A stretch of DNA of 64,000 nucleotides, from positions 31,274-95,273 of the forward strand of contig JAZJZE010000017.1 in assembly GCA_040390065.1 (NCBI GenBank), in the 5' to 3' direction. Positions within the stretch are counted from its first letter, which is position 1. Each line of letters begins with the position of its first letter. Under the pieces are notes generated by a model. The model did no database searches, was not told the origin of the DNA, and saw only the letters and a program-made list of their open reading frames with translations. The stretch is from a bacterium. Lineage in GTDB: Archaea > Thermoplasmatota > E2 > JACPAO01 > JAHFTW01. The translations under genes were made by a program, and so were the position numbers. Positions 1 to 8,143 of this stretch are shown one piece after another.

Positions 1-1
1 G

Positions 2-607
2 AAGGCTGACCTCGACCGCGGCGAGGCCGTGCACACGAAAGGCGGTGGCACCGGTAGCACGGGCTGGGGCGGCGCCTTCGACCGCAGCGTGTCGCAGAAG
101 GCGATGCTGCGCACACACACGACGAACACGACCATCCGCTACCTCGCGGAGCATTTCCACAACGTGAAGGCGCCGAAGGACGTGCACCGCGTCTTCGGTC
201 TTGGCCGCGTCTTCCGCAAGGAAACCATGGACGCGACACACCTTCCCGAATTCACGCAGATCGAGGGCATCGTCGTCGAGCCGGGCGTGACGTTCAACAC
301 GCTCGTGGGCCTGTGCCGGCACTTCTTCAAGGAGATCGGTTTCCCCCAGGTGCGCTTCCGCCCCGCCTACTTCCCCTACACTGAGCCTTCGATGGAGATC
401 GAGGTGTTCTACAATGGCCGCTGGATGGAACTCGGCGGCTGCGGCGTCTTCCGCCCCGAAGTCACGCAGCCCCTCGGCGTCCCCGGCAACGTTCTGGCGT
501 GGGGTTTCGGGCTGGAACGCTTGGCCATGATGCGCCTGGGCCTCAAGGACATCCGCGACTTGTACATCTCTGACGTGAAGTGGTTGAGAGAGACGCCGGT
601 GCGGTAG
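2..607 (+). CDS. pheS: Phenylalanine--tRNA ligase alpha subunit, C-terminal part (5' end lies outside window)
   Basis: Frame 2 is open from the window edge. Class II aaRS core strings are present: FRKETMDATHLPEFTQIEG, YFPYTEPSMEIEV, GCGVFRPEV, AWGFGLERLAMM. Confidence 0.9.
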   Translation, partial: KADLDRGEAVHTKGGGTGSTGWGGAFDRSVSQKAMLRTHTTNTTIRYLAEHFHNVKAPKDVHRVFGLGRVFRKETMDATHLPEFTQIEGIVVEPGVTFNTLVGLCRHFFKEIGFPQVRFRPAYFPYTEPSMEIEVFYNGRWMELGGCGVFRPEVTQPLGVPGNVLAWGFGLERLAMMRLGLKDIRDLYISDVKWLRETPVR

Positions 608-642
608 CCATTCGACGGGGCACCGCGACAAACCGCCAGGCT

Positions 643-690
643 GCGTCGGCGCCCGTTGGTATCGGTTGCATCGGTGGCGTCGGTTGACTC
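643..690. repeat. Tandem 9-bp units, half copy of the dispersed 9-mer element (copy A1)
   Basis: The array reads cgttggtat cggttgcat cggtggcgt cggttgact. The same CATCNGTTG-type unit recurs at 7.5, 12.4, 15.5, 23.3, 52.2, 53.6, 57.8 and 60.0 kb. Confidence 0.6.
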
Positions 691-862
691 GGGGGGTTGG
701 CCCCGGCGGCCCCCGCCGCTCGCTTCGCATCGCGGCTTGCCACGCCCTCGCCTCGCCGCGGCTTCGCCGGCGGCGTGCTCGCCCCGACCGGGGCCTTCCG
801 CGTGTCCTTGCATCTCTTTCATCTTGAGGGGCTCGTGGTGGACGTCGCCGACGTCGGAGGAT
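691..862. repeat. GC-rich structured spacer module (copy B1)
   Basis: By eye it aligns with 7526-7706. Shared blocks are ccccggcggccc, cgccgcggcttcgcc, gcggcttgcca, ctcgccccg-ccgggg and ctcgtggtggacg..cgtcggagga. The ends ggccccgg / ccggggcc are complementary. Confidence 0.5.
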
Positions 863-939
863 GACTGCCCTGTCGTTGGCCTTTGGCAAGCAGGTTTGCG
901 CCATCCGTGCAATCCGAGGTTTCCTCTTGGACGCGCCCC

Positions 940-947
940 GATAAGCC
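940..947 (+). promoter_or_regulatory. TATA-like box upstream of fabI
   Basis: gataagcc is an AT-rich island in GC-rich spacer, about 32 nt upstream of the ATG at 976. Confidence 0.35.
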
Positions 948-975
948 TTCAACCCCCGGCCACCTGCCTTCGGTG

Positions 976-1881
976 ATGACGGATACCAGCCTCGCCGGCA
1001 AGCGCGCCCTCGTCTTCGGCGTCGCGTCGGAGGACTCGATTGCTTGGGCCATCGCGCAGGAACTCGCCGCGCACGGCGCCAAAGTCACGATGGGCTACCA
1101 GAAGCGCTTCCTGTCGCGCATCATGGGCCTCTTCAAGGACAAGCCGTGGATCGAGGGGCAATTCGAGTGTGATGCGGCCATCGAGGAGTCCGTCGCGAAG
1201 TTCTTCACCGAAGCGAAGGGTCCGTTCGACATGATGGTGCACTGCATCGCCTTCGCCCCGGCCACGGCGTTGCAGGATGAAGTCGTGAAGACGACGGAGG
1301 CGGACTGGAACGTCGCCCTCGGCGTCTCGGCGTACTCGCTCATCCGCCTGACGCGCCACGCCATGCCGCACATGAACCAGGGCGGCGCCATCATCAGCCT
1401 CACGTACCTCGGCGCCGACCGCTTCGTACCGGGCTACCGCGTCATGTCCGCCGCAAAGGCTGCGCTGCAGGAACTCACCCGCGAACTCTCGTTTACCTGC
1501 GGCCGAGAGAAGCAAGTGCGTGTGAACGCCATCAGCGCCGGTCCGATCCGGACCCTCGCCGCGTCCGGTGTCCCGGGTTTCAGCATGATCCTCGACTGGA
1601 TGCGGCACGCAGCGCCATTGGGCAGGAACGTGTCGCAGCAGGACGTCGCCAAGTCCGCGTACTTCCTCCTCAGCGACCTCGCATCCGGAGTCACGGGCCA
1701 GATCCTCTACGTCGACGCCGGCTACAGCATCATGGGCGTCCCTCCGGATCTTGACAAGATGACGCTGCCAGGCCAAAGCGCACCTGGAGGCGGCGCGCAG
1801 ACGGCCGCCGCGCCCCCGCCGGCGCCCGCGGCGCCTGCGCCCCCGAGGGCACAGCCGCTCATCTTCGGGAAGAAGCCGTAG
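976..1881 (+). CDS. fabI: Enoyl-[acyl-carrier-protein] reductase (NADH), FabI-type SDR, with Pro/Ala-rich C-terminal tail
   Basis: LAGKRALVFGVASEDSIAWAIA Rossmann start, YRVMSAAKAAL (Y-x6-K), NAISAGPIRTLAASG and ILYVDAGYSIMG. The start is taken at the internal ATG at 976 (MTDTSLAGK). The tail reads ...AAAPPPAPAAPAPPRAQPLIFGKKP. Confidence 0.85.
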   Translation: MTDTSLAGKRALVFGVASEDSIAWAIAQELAAHGAKVTMGYQKRFLSRIMGLFKDKPWIEGQFECDAAIEESVAKFFTEAKGPFDMMVHCIAFAPATALQDEVVKTTEADWNVALGVSAYSLIRLTRHAMPHMNQGGAIISLTYLGADRFVPGYRVMSAAKAALQELTRELSFTCGREKQVRVNAISAGPIRTLAASGVPGFSMILDWMRHAAPLGRNVSQQDVAKSAYFLLSDLASGVTGQILYVDAGYSIMGVPPDLDKMTLPGQSAPGGGAQTAAAPPPAPAAPAPPRAQPLIFGKKP

Positions 1882-1882
1882 C

Positions 1883-2707
1883 ATGTCCCAGGACCGGCCG
1901 GAACTCGCCGGCGCCGCGCCGCGAAGGCACCTGTCATTGGCCATGCGCTGCTTTGTCGTGGCTTCGCTTGCTTTCATTGCCCTCGGCGCCGCGCAACTGG
2001 CGGACCGGTTGGATCCGCTGGACCGCGCCATCGACGGCCTCGTGCATGACGGCCTTCGACATGACGTTGGGTACGAGGCGACCTGCCAGTCGAGCTTCAA
2101 CGCCAACCACACGCTTGAGCGGCCAGCCACGTATTGCCAATACTCGAGGTCGACGAACACGGCGCACGGTTCCTTCTCCTGCCCGGCCCAGACGCCGCGA
2201 AACGGCACCTGGACGCAGACGTGCTTCGTCGAGGAATCGCGGTTGCCGTGGGCCGGCGTGCCGTCCGACTTGGGAGCATCCGGCGCCGCCCTCACCCTCA
2301 CCATCGCGACGTTCCTCCTGCTCGCCATGCGCAGGGCGTGGCCGTCCGCCCTTGTCGTCCTCGGGGTCGCAGTCATCGGCGCGTATCTCGTCGCGCCGCT
2401 CAAGGCCTTCTTCCCCGGCTCCTTCCCGAGCGGCCACACCGTCGGCGGAACGCTCGGTTGGGGCCTGTTCCTGGTCTTCGCGGCGAGGTCGTGGCGGCCC
2501 GGCCCGTGGACTGGCATGGCGCCGCGCGTCGCCCTGGTTGCCTGGGCATTCATCGCATTCGCCGTCGGCTTCGACCGCGTCCACATCGGCGCCCACCCCG
2601 CAAGCGACGTGCTGGCTGGTTGGGCCTTCGGGGCGGCGCTCGTCTTCCTGGCCGTCCTCATCGATGACACCTTGCGCGAACGCACCGCCAGGAACCCCGC
2701 GCCATGA
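1883..2707 (+). CDS. PAP2-family membrane phosphatase (paralog 1)
   Basis: PSGHTVGG and DRVHIGAHPASDVLAGW (PAP2 C2/C3 motifs) with multiple hydrophobic segments. The ATG lies 1 nt after the fabI stop. Confidence 0.8.
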   Translation: MSQDRPELAGAAPRRHLSLAMRCFVVASLAFIALGAAQLADRLDPLDRAIDGLVHDGLRHDVGYEATCQSSFNANHTLERPATYCQYSRSTNTAHGSFSCPAQTPRNGTWTQTCFVEESRLPWAGVPSDLGASGAALTLTIATFLLLAMRRAWPSALVVLGVAVIGAYLVAPLKAFFPGSFPSGHTVGGTLGWGLFLVFAARSWRPGPWTGMAPRVALVAWAFIAFAVGFDRVHIGAHPASDVLAGWAFGAALVFLAVLIDDTLRERTARNPAP

Positions 2708-3417
2708 GACACACTCCGCCGTCTGCAAAGGCCTGGCAGTGGTGGGGCGTGACCCTGGGCTTGCTGGGCTTCGGTGCCCTCGCCTGGGACGAGGCGCTGC
2801 ACGGCGCCCTGTATCAGTACGACTTCCGCGTCGATGCCCTCATGTCGCGCCTCGATGGCGACGGCTGGCCCATCCATCTGGTCGGGAACGTCTTCTCGAT
2901 GCCCGGATTTGGTCCCGTTGACACGCTTGCCGTCGCCGTCACGGCGACGTGGTTGTGGCGTCGCGGCCAGCGCGACCTGGCCGTCTGGTGCGTCGTGGGG
3001 GGCCTTGCCGCGTGGGCCCTGACGGACACCCTCAAGCCGACGTTCGGCCGGCCGCTTCCCCCCTTCATTGCGCAGAGGTTCCCGCACGGCTACGGCTTCC
3101 CCAGCGGCCACACGATGGGGGCGACCGTGACCGTCGGCATCCTTCTCTTCATGGCGACGCAGTCGGAGATCACCCTCCGTCGACTCGGCCCGGCCGCAGC
3201 GGGGGCGGCGTGGTGGCGAGCCGTGCTTTGGTGGACGGGCATCTCGTTGTCCGTCGGCATCGCCCGCATCTTGGCCCAGCACCATTGGGCAAGCGACGTG
3301 CTTGGCGCGTGGGCCCTCGGCGTCGCCACCGTATCCGCTGTCCTCCTGCTCGCTCGAGTCCCCCGGCCGGTCCCAGAGTCCCCCGTGATATCCGCGCCTT
3401 CGCCAGGCGCCACGTAG
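2704..3417 (+). CDS. PAP2-family membrane phosphatase (paralog 2)
   Basis: KPTFGRP, PSGHTMGA and ARILAQHHWASDVLGAW give a full three-motif PAP2 signature. There is an ATGA overlap with the upstream paralog. Confidence 0.85.
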   Translation: MRHTPPSAKAWQWWGVTLGLLGFGALAWDEALHGALYQYDFRVDALMSRLDGDGWPIHLVGNVFSMPGFGPVDTLAVAVTATWLWRRGQRDLAVWCVVGGLAAWALTDTLKPTFGRPLPPFIAQRFPHGYGFPSGHTMGATVTVGILLFMATQSEITLRRLGPAAAGAAWWRAVLWWTGISLSVGIARILAQHHWASDVLGAWALGVATVSAVLLLARVPRPVPESPVISAPSPGAT

Positions 3418-3443
3418 AAGGCGTCCCCGGCACTGCCTAGGCT

Positions 3444-4724
3444 GTGCGCCGCGCCTTGGGGTGGACTGCTGCCGCCGGCCTTGCCGTCTTCGCCATCGCT
3501 TGCCTGGACCTCTTCCAGAGCGGCCCACTGACGACGCGGCTCGACCCTGCCGTGAACGACGCCGTCCTGCGCGCCCAGGATGCAGGCTTGGCCGTGGGCG
3601 ATGTGGGCGCCATCCTGTCGCTGCCCGGCGCGGGACCCGTCGACGTCGTGGTCGTCGCGGCGGCGGCGTTGTTGTTGGCCGCGTGGCGGCGGTGGGAATC
3701 GGCTGCCTTCGTCATGCTCACTCCCACATTGGGCGGCCGCCTCGTGGATGTCATGAAGGAATTCTTTGAGCGTGGCTTCCCGCCCGGCGAGATCGTCTTC
3801 GCGACCGGTGCTGGTGCGGCCGCCTCCGAGGTGCACAATCCTGCGCCCTTTGTCGGCCCGGCCTACGCGTTTCCCAGCGGCCACACGATGGGAGCGCTGC
3901 TGTCCGTTGCGCTGGCGGTCATCCTCGTCGCCGAGGCGTGGATGCAGCGCCGGGGCATGCCCTCGCACCGTGCGTGGCGTGTACGGTGGAGCGTGTTGGC
4001 CGCCTGCGGCGCCCTCGTGGTCTTGACCGGTATCGCCCGCGTCCTTCTCACCGTGCACTGGGTCAGCGATGTCCTGGCTTCGTGGGGGCTCGGCACGGCC
4101 ATCATCTGCGGCGTGCTCTTGGCCACGGGTTGGGGCGAGCCGGCGCCTTTAGATGCCGCAACTCGTCGCAACGTCGTGCGCGTCCTCGGGTTCACCGGCA
4201 TGCCGGGCAGCGGCAAATCGGAGGCCATGGAAGTCGCGAAGGCGCGCAGCATCCCCGTGGTGCGCATGGGCGATCTCATCTGGGAGGAGGTCGAGCGGCG
4301 CGGCCTGCCGCGTGATGCCAAGCACGTCGGCCAAGTCGCGAACGACATGCGCGAATCCCATGGCAAGGACATCTGGAGCAAGCGCACAGTCGAGAAGGTC
4401 CGCCACGTCGCCCGCGACAAGGGCATCGTCATCATCGACGGCGTGCGCAGTGACGCCGAGGTGGAGACCTTCCGCAGCGAGCTTGGCGGCGACTTCGTGC
4501 TCGTCGCCATCCACACGGACCGCCACCACCGCTTCGAGCGCATGCTTGCCCGGGGCCGCGCCGACGACCCGAAGGACGAAGCCGTCCTGCAAGTGCGCGA
4601 CGAACGCGAGATCGGCTGGGGCATGGCGGAATGCATCGCGTTGGCTGACGAGATGATCGTCAACGACTCCGACCTGCCGGAGTTCCGGGCGAAGGTCGGG
4701 GCCCTCCTTGACCGGTTGGCCTAG
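3444..4724 (+). CDS. Fusion protein: N-terminal PAP2 membrane phosphatase + C-terminal P-loop nucleotide-kinase-like domain (archaeal UPF0200 / dephospho-CoA-kinase-like family)
   Basis: PSGHTMGAL and ARVLLTVHWVSDVLASW are followed by VLGFTGMPGSGKSEAMEVAKARSIPVVRMGDLIWEEVERRGLP (Walker A at 4197-4220). GTG start. Confidence 0.8.
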   Translation: MRRALGWTAAAGLAVFAIACLDLFQSGPLTTRLDPAVNDAVLRAQDAGLAVGDVGAILSLPGAGPVDVVVVAAAALLLAAWRRWESAAFVMLTPTLGGRLVDVMKEFFERGFPPGEIVFATGAGAAASEVHNPAPFVGPAYAFPSGHTMGALLSVALAVILVAEAWMQRRGMPSHRAWRVRWSVLAACGALVVLTGIARVLLTVHWVSDVLASWGLGTAIICGVLLATGWGEPAPLDAATRRNVVRVLGFTGMPGSGKSEAMEVAKARSIPVVRMGDLIWEEVERRGLPRDAKHVGQVANDMRESHGKDIWSKRTVEKVRHVARDKGIVIIDGVRSDAEVETFRSELGGDFVLVAIHTDRHHRFERMLARGRADDPKDEAVLQVRDEREIGWGMAECIALADEMIVNDSDLPEFRAKVGALLDRLA

Positions 4725-5002
4725 AACACGCAGCGTGCGATGGGTTCGCCGTTCTGGATGTCGACGCCGTAGCGGCAGTTCGTGATGCCGACGCCATACG
4801 CGACGTAGACCGAATCCGTGCCGGCGTGGACCGCGACGCCCATGCCGCCCGCCACGAAGACGGTGACGTGGCCGTTCACGCCGCCGGAGCCAGCGGTTGC
4901 GCCTTGGTCGACGCACGGGTCGCGGTCGCAGACTTGCGGTTTGGCGGTCGCGGCGGGCAAGAGGGTCAGGGCAAGCAGGGTGGCAACGAGGATGGCTTTC
5001 AT
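4721..5002 (-). CDS. Small secreted Cys-containing protein (93 aa), hypothetical
   Basis: Signal peptide MKAILVATLLALTLLPAATA, mature part with 4 Cys ending ARCVF. A TTTTATTC box lies about 50 nt upstream. Confidence 0.5.
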   Translation of the reverse strand: MKAILVATLLALTLLPAATAKPQVCDRDPCVDQGATAGSGGVNGHVTVFVAGGMGVAVHAGTDSVYVAYGVGITNCRYGVDIQNGEPIARCVF

Positions 5003-5159
5003 GCGGTTCACGTGCCGGGAGTCCGGCGCGCCGCGATTCTGCCTGGCGAATAAAACCCGGGGCCGGTGGGTCGCATCTGCCGAAACAGAAGGGTCGCGGC
5101 ATTGGGCCGCGGCCCAACGATTTGCCAACACTGAAGGGCTTCCTGCCCGCTGCCCGGGC

Positions 5160-5993
5160 ATGACGCGTCTGGGGAAGCAGATTGCCGTGCGCCCGGTGAC
5201 GGCCGCCTTCGTCGGGGGTGGGCTCCTGGTCGTGGCTTCCATCCTTGCGGGCTTCGCCCTCGGGCATGGCCGCGAAGCCAAGCCCGCGCCGCTTGATCCG
5301 TTGTGGACTTGGTCGAAAGACCCCTGCGACCCGACGCCGGCCACGGGCATCAACCACGACGCCCCCATCGTCTGGGCGCTGCGCGGCAATGCGACTCGCG
5401 CCCTGTCCGCCGTCCCAGATGCCGTGGGCGATTCCCTTGTCAGCGCACCGCATGCAGGGTCCGACGGCACGTGGCATGCCCGCACGATGCACGGCCTCGT
5501 CAACGCGACGGCGACGCCGCGGGACGGCTGGGCCATCGAGTACTGGAACCCCAACCTGCAGATGCGGGCGGACGACGTCACCGCCGTCGCGCACCGGCTG
5601 GGGGCAGCGACCCTGGATGCCCACCTCACGGTCGACACGGGCCCTTGGGGTCACCAGCGGCTCGGGGGGAGCATCGGGGTCGGCATCTTCGTCCTTGGCG
5701 ACGGCAAGACCTTGCAGTTGTCGCGGCTGCGCACGGCAGACCCGAGGCCCACGATTGACGTGCAGGAGGCGGACCGGACCATCGACGCGTACCTCGCATG
5801 CCGATTGGGGTCAGCCCACGCCAGCCAGGTGTACTACCCGGACGATCGGGTCATTTCCAACCCGCCCCGCGAAACGGGGATTGGCGACACGGGGACCGTC
5901 TACGGCATCGCCGGCCTTGCTGGCCACGGCTCCATGTACATCTACATCGACGCCGTCACGGGGGCCGTGGCGTTGGCGCAGACCATCGGCTAG
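5160..5993 (+). CDS. Hypothetical N-terminally membrane-anchored protein
   Basis: Internal ATG; MTRLGKQIAVRPVTAAFVGGGLLVVASILAGFAL anchor followed by a non-Arg-biased globular sequence. No family recognised. Confidence 0.55.
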   Translation: MTRLGKQIAVRPVTAAFVGGGLLVVASILAGFALGHGREAKPAPLDPLWTWSKDPCDPTPATGINHDAPIVWALRGNATRALSAVPDAVGDSLVSAPHAGSDGTWHARTMHGLVNATATPRDGWAIEYWNPNLQMRADDVTAVAHRLGAATLDAHLTVDTGPWGHQRLGGSIGVGIFVLGDGKTLQLSRLRTADPRPTIDVQEADRTIDAYLACRLGSAHASQVYYPDDRVISNPPRETGIGDTGTVYGIAGLAGHGSMYIYIDAVTGAVALAQTIG

Positions 5994-6808
5994 CGCTGCG
6001 CGTCCTCTTGCGCCTGCTTGCGCCTCTCGGCCTTCTCCCGTGCCATGCGGCGGATGAGGTCGAGGCGTGCCGGGTCGTCCTTCAGGTCGCGGATGGGCGC
6101 CTTCGACCCGGCCGGCAAGTCGTCGACGGGAGAATCCAGGTCTTCGGGAACGGGCGCTGGAGCCAGCCGCGCCCTCTGCGGGGCCGGCGGCATGACCCCG
6201 GGCACGGCCATGGGCAGCGGCGCTCTGAGGCCCGGCGGCGGCGCGGGCGAGAGCTTGCCTTCCCGGAAGCGCTTGCGCACCTCGTCCTGCGCCTGCTCGA
6301 ACGTGTTCGCATGCGCGAGCTTGACGGCCTTGGCCTTCGCCTTGTCCCACTTGAAGAGTTCGACTTTTGCTGTCGTCAGAATACCGATCGAGAGCGGGTC
6401 AGGGTACTCCTCCTCGAAGACCACGCGCTTGATGCCGCAGTTGGCGACCATGCGGCTGCACTGCGTGCACGGCTGCGTCGTGACGTACAAGTCGGCGCCG
6501 TCGATGGACACGCCCGTCGTGGCCGCCTGGATGATGGCATTCTGCTCCGCGTGCAGGCACGGACAGATGTCGGCGACCATGCCACGGGGAATCTGCAGTT
6601 CGTCGCGCAGGCAGCCGACGTCGATGGGGTGCTGGAAGTTGCGCGGAGCCCCGTTGTAACCGGTCGTAAGAACGCGTTTGTCCTTCACGATGACTGCCCC
6701 GACCTGCCGCCGCGGGCACGTCCCCCGCGCCTTGACGAGGTGGGTCATGTCCATGAAGTACTGGTCCACGGAGGGGCGCTCGTCGCTTGCGCCGGGGTGG
6801 GCGGCCAC
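5990..6808 (-). CDS. dCMP deaminase (ComEB/cytidine-deaminase-like zinc enzyme) with ~110-aa Pro-rich/charged C-terminal extension
   Basis: RPSVDQYFMDM, VGAVIVKDKRVLTTGYNG, CLHAEQNAI and PCTQCSRMV (HAE / PCxxC zinc motifs). The GTG start at 6808 is chosen just upstream of the conserved N-terminus; the start is uncertain. Confidence 0.85.
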   Translation of the reverse strand: MAAHPGASDERPSVDQYFMDMTHLVKARGTCPRRQVGAVIVKDKRVLTTGYNGAPRNFQHPIDVGCLRDELQIPRGMVADICPCLHAEQNAIIQAATTGVSIDGADLYVTTQPCTQCSRMVANCGIKRVVFEEEYPDPLSIGILTTAKVELFKWDKAKAKAVKLAHANTFEQAQDEVRKRFREGKLSPAPPPGLRAPLPMAVPGVMPPAPQRARLAPAPVPEDLDSPVDDLPAGSKAPIRDLKDDPARLDLIRRMAREKAERRKQAQEDAQR

Positions 6809-6924
6809 GCGCCGTGGACCCTGTCGGTGGGTATGAGGCTTGTTTAGGCAGAACGCGCCCGCGGGCCCGGTGGAAACGCATTCGCCGACCCCCGGCAAAG
6901 GGAGTTGACCCTTCGCGGACGTCC

Positions 6925-7440
6925 ATGGCCGTCCCGGCCCGTCCATGGCCGGCCAAGCCTCGGCCGAGGCGTGTCCGACCCGCCGAAAGTGGCTTCACGC
7001 TCGACCCCATCGACGCCCTCGTGCAGGTCCGCATCGCCACGACCGTGAAGGCCACGGAGGACCCGCAGAAGGTCCGTGAGGCTATCCTGAAGATCTTCCC
7101 GGACGCGGACATCCGCGGCAAGGACGCGGGCCTTGTTGCGACGGCGATGGACCTGCACCCGTTGCGTCAGCGCATCTTCGAGTTGCGCATCATCGACACG
7201 TTTCGCGGCCAGTTCCTGCACGGCATGGACGAGGCGAAGCGCTCGACGTCGTTTCGCTTGTCCAAGCAGGCGGCGCTCGCGGGGCATGTGAGTTTCACGC
7301 CGCGGCCACACGCCTTGGGCGACTTGGAGGTCACCGTCGCATTGGAGGAGAAGGACCGCTGGACCGACGTGGAGCGGTTGGCCTTCTGGATTTGCCCCGA
7401 GACGAGGGATGGGGAGATTGTCGGAGCGGTCGAGCCGTAG
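6925..7440 (+). CDS. UPF0201-family (COG1931-like) small archaeal protein
   Basis: VQVRIATTVKATEDPQKVREAILKIFPDADI resembles the family N-terminus. The GTG at 7021 would give the family-typical ~139 aa; the ATG at 6925 is the longer option. Confidence 0.6.
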   Translation: MAVPARPWPAKPRPRRVRPAESGFTLDPIDALVQVRIATTVKATEDPQKVREAILKIFPDADIRGKDAGLVATAMDLHPLRQRIFELRIIDTFRGQFLHGMDEAKRSTSFRLSKQAALAGHVSFTPRPHALGDLEVTVALEEKDRWTDVERLAFWICPETRDGEIVGAVEP

Positions 7441-7489
7441 TCTAGGCACTACCCCGGGAGCCCACACGGGACGGGGATACCTGGCGTTT

Positions 7490-7525
7490 CAGTGTGCTCA
7501 GTGGATTCAGTGGTTAGGTCGGTGG
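7490..7525. repeat. Degenerate 9-mer array (copy A2)
   Basis: cagtgtgct cagtggatt cagtggtta ggtcggtgg, immediately followed by module B2. The layout matches 643-862. Confidence 0.45.
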
Positions 7526-7706
7526 GTGCGCCCCGGCGGCCCTCGCCGCGGCTTCGCCTCGCGGCTTGCCAAACCCTCGCTCTGCGCGCTTCGCGGCGCA
7601 TTCGCTCGCCCCGGCCGGGGCGTTGCGGGTGGTCCTTTCCGAATCGGATATGGAGGGCCTCGTGGTGGACGGCGGCGTCGGAGGACGGGGGCCCTCGTGG
7701 TGGTCT
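7526..7706. repeat. GC-rich structured spacer module (copy B2)
   Basis: Shares the blocks of 691-862. The terminal ctcgtggtgg motif is duplicated (7657-7670 and 7693-7706). Confidence 0.5.
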
Positions 7707-7723
7707 TGTTTCGAGGCGTGTTG

Positions 7724-8143
7724 CTACCGCTTCCACGTGTTCTTGCACGCTCGGCAGGCGTACGAGTTCGCGATGACGTGCATCTCGATGTTGCGCGAGT
7801 TGCAGCGGGGACAGCGGAAGTAGGCGAAGCGCGCCTTTTCGGGGCGGCCTTTCCGGGTGTGCTTGGTCTCGCGCAGTTTGTGCTTCTGGCAGCTCGGGTT
7901 GACGCAGTAGTAGCGCTTGCCGTCGTCGGTGACGTAGCAGCCAAGCCGGGCGCATACAGGGGGGAGGTCGGTGCCGAAGTACTTGTCGACGCGCATGCCG
8001 GGAACACCGCGCAGGGGGCCGGCGGGTCCGGCGGCCTTGGCGGCTTCGCTGCGTGCCATGGCTTCCTCGAGGAGTTTGCGCGCGCGGGCAAGTTTGTCCT
8101 CGTCGGTGAGGTCGGCGACCATGAGGATGAGTTGCTGCCTCAT
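7724..8143 (-). CDS. Zinc-ribbon protein, hypothetical (last gene of Trm11-RNase Z operon)
   Basis: Cys pairs CARLGC...CVNPSC and CPRC...CRAC. 4-nt overlap with the rnz stop. Confidence 0.65.
   Translation of the reverse strand: MRQQLILMVADLTDEDKLARARKLLEEAMARSEAAKAAGPAGPLRGVPGMRVDKYFGTDLPPVCARLGCYVTDDGKRYYCVNPSCQKHKLRETKHTRKGRPEKARFAYFRCPRCNSRNIEMHVIANSYACRACKNTWKR

Noticed and set aside
949-3528. Very long ORFs antisense to recognisable genes, e.g. 949..3528(-) 859 aa, 13576..15438(-), 20346..22475(-), 29849..31747(-), 57852..60053(+), 61080..62522(-) and 62470..63948(-).
   Set aside because: They are Arg/Gly/Ala/Pro-dominated shadow frames, typical of high-GC DNA. Each lies opposite a gene with clear family motifs, and none shows a recognisable domain.
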